A DNA stretch of 64,000 bases from Macrostomum hystrix (Eukaryota > Animalia > Platyhelminthes), in NCBI GenBank assembly GCA_950097015.1, contig CATNEN010000001.1:2170001-2234000 (forward strand), in the 5' to 3' direction. Shown piece by piece: positions 61,521 through 64,000 of this stretch. Under the pieces are notes generated by a model. It was not told the origin of the DNA. It did not search any database and saw only the letters and a program-made list of their open reading frames with translations. Positions within the stretch are counted from its first letter, which is position 1, and every line of letters begins with the position of its first letter. Position numbers and translations under genes: made by a program.

Positions 61521-63938
61521 TACTAGAATTAGATAACAATTAGATACTAGAAACTAGATGCTAGATACTAGATGCTAGATACTAGATGCTAGAAACTAGA
61601 TGCTAGATACTAGATGCTAGATACTAGATGCTAGATGCTAGATACTAGATGCTAGATGCTAGATACTAGATGCTAGATACTAGATACTAGATACTAGATG
61701 CTAGATACTAGATAATAGATGCTAGATACTAGATACTAGATAACCGATGCTAGATACTAGATAATAGATACTAGATGCTAGATACAAGATACAAAATACT
61801 AGATACAAAATACTAGATACTAGATACTAGATAATCGATACTAGATACTAGATACTGGATACTAGATACTAGATACTAGATACTAGATACTAGATACTAG
61901 ATACTAGATACTAGATACTAGATACTAGATACTAGATACTAGATACTAGATACTAGATACTAGATACTAGATACTAGATAATAGATACTAGATACTGGAT
62001 ACTAGATACTAGATACTAGATACTAGATAATAGATACTAGATACTAGATACTAGATACTAGATACTAGATACTAGATAATAGATACTAGATACTAGATAC
62101 TGGATACTAGATACTAGATACTAGATACTAGATACTAGATACTAGATACTAGATACTAGATACTAGATACTAGATACTAGATACTAGATACTAGATACTA
62201 GATACTAGATAATCGATACTAGATACTAGATACTGGATACTAGATACTAGATACTAGATAATAGATACTAGATACTAGATACTAGATACTAGATGCTAGA
62301 TACTAGATAATAGATACTGGATACTAGATACTAGATGCTAGATACTAGATGCTAGATACTAGATACTAGATGCTAGATGCTAGATGCTAGATACTAGATG
62401 CTAGATGCTAGATGCTAGATGCTAGATACTAGATGCTAGATGCTAGATGCTAGATGCTAGATGCTAGATACTAGATGCTAGATGCTAGATGCTAGATACT
62501 AGATGCTAGATGCTAGATGCTAGATACTAGATGCTAGATGCTAGATGCTAGATACTAGATGCTAGATGCTAGATGCTAGATAATAGATACTAGATGCTAG
62601 ATGCAAGATACTAAATACTAGATGCTAGATGCTAGATGCTAGATGCTAGATACTAGATGCTAGATGCTAGATGCTAGATGCTAGATAATAGATACTAGAT
62701 GCTAGATGCAAGATACTAAATACTAGATGCTAGATGCTAGATGCTAGATACTAGATGCTAGATGCTAGATGCTAGATGCTAGATACTAGATGCTAGATAG
62801 TAGACGCTAGATGCTAGATGCTAGAAACTAGATGCTAGATAATAGATACTAGATGCTAGATGCTAGATACTAGATGCTAGATACTAGATACTAGATACTA
62901 GATGCTAGATACTAGATGCTAGATACTAGATACTAGATGCTAGATACTAGATACTAGATACTAGATACTAGATGCTAGATGCTAGATACTAGATGCTAGA
63001 TGCTAGATGCTAGATGCTAGATACTAGATGCTAGATACTAGATACTAGATGCTAGATACTAGACGCTAGATGCTAGATGCTAGAAACTAGATGCTAGATA
63101 ATAGATACTAGATGCTAGATGCTAGATACTAGATGCTAGATACTAGATACTAGATACTAGATGCTAGATACTAGATGCTAGATACTAGACGCTAGATGCT
63201 AGATGCTAGAAACTAGATGCTAGATAATAGATACTAGATGCTAGATGCTAGATACTAGATGCTAGATACTAGATACTAGATACTAGATGCTAGATACTAG
63301 ATGCTAGATACTAGATACTAGATGCTAGATGCTAGATACTAGATACTAGATACTAGATGCTAGATACTAGATACTAGATACTAGATGCTAGATACTAGAC
63401 GCTAGATGCTAGATGCTAGAAACTAGATGCTAGATAATAGATACTAGATGCTAGATGCTAGATACTAGATGCTAGATACTAGATACTAGATACTAGATGC
63501 TAGATACTAGATGCTAGATACTAGACGCTAGATGCTAGATGCTAGAAACTAGATGCTAGATAATAGATACTAGATGCTAGATGCTAGATACTAGATGCTA
63601 GATACTAGATACTAGATACTAGATGCTAGATACTAGATGCTAGATACTAGATACTAGATGCTAGATGCTAGATACTAGATACTAGATACTAGATGCTAGA
63701 TACTAGATACTAGATACTAGATACTAGATGCTAGATGCTAGATGCTAGATACTAGATGCTAGATGCTAGATGCTAGATGCTAGATACTAGATACTAGATA
63801 CTAGATACTAGACGCTAGATGCTAGATGCTAGATACTAGATACTAGATAATAGATACTAGCTGCTAGATGCAAGATACCAGATGCTAGATACTAGATGCT
63901 AGATACTAGATGCTAGATGCTAGATGCTAGATACTAGA
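61520..63938. repeat. 7-bp satellite (TAGATAC/TAGATGC)n, about 2.4 kb
   Basis: Visible directly. Confidence 0.97.
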
Positions 63939-64000
63939 TTTTCTAGAACTGGTTATTGCCTTGTTAAGAACTGAAATTACTCGTATTTTTCAATCGATGA

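Overview
Eukaryotic, intron-containing animal genomic DNA. The CAG/polyQ-rich coding style, short introns and repeat content suggest a free-living flatworm such as Macrostomum (inference only). I can build seven spliced gene models by hand from splice signals and frame continuity: (1) a minus-strand polyQ protein with a death-fold-like segment and a C-terminal KH-like domain; (2) a 13-exon protein with four C-terminal EF-hands; (3) an EGF+TSP1 type I membrane protein; (4) a tensin-like SH2-PTB adaptor; (5) a SAMD9/SAMD9L-like antiviral STAND NTPase; (6) an SLC6/NSS transporter; (7) a minus-strand DmsR/sex-peptide-receptor-like GPCR. The first intron of the SLC6 gene holds a Crypton tyrosine-recombinase element and a LINE remnant. 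The window also has three tRNA-derived SINE families, two hAT-type MITEs with 8-bp target-site duplications (TSDs), a probable solo LTR and about ten tandem arrays. The most notable observation is the SAMD9-like gene. Its AlbA/Schlafen-like, SIR2-like, STAND NTPase, TPR and OB core lies in one 4.1-kb exon. Small in-frame 5' exons add a transmembrane helix and a polybasic stretch where vertebrate SAMD9 has a SAM domain, which predicts a membrane-anchored SAMD9-type immune effector. All domain calls come from motif recognition, not database searches.
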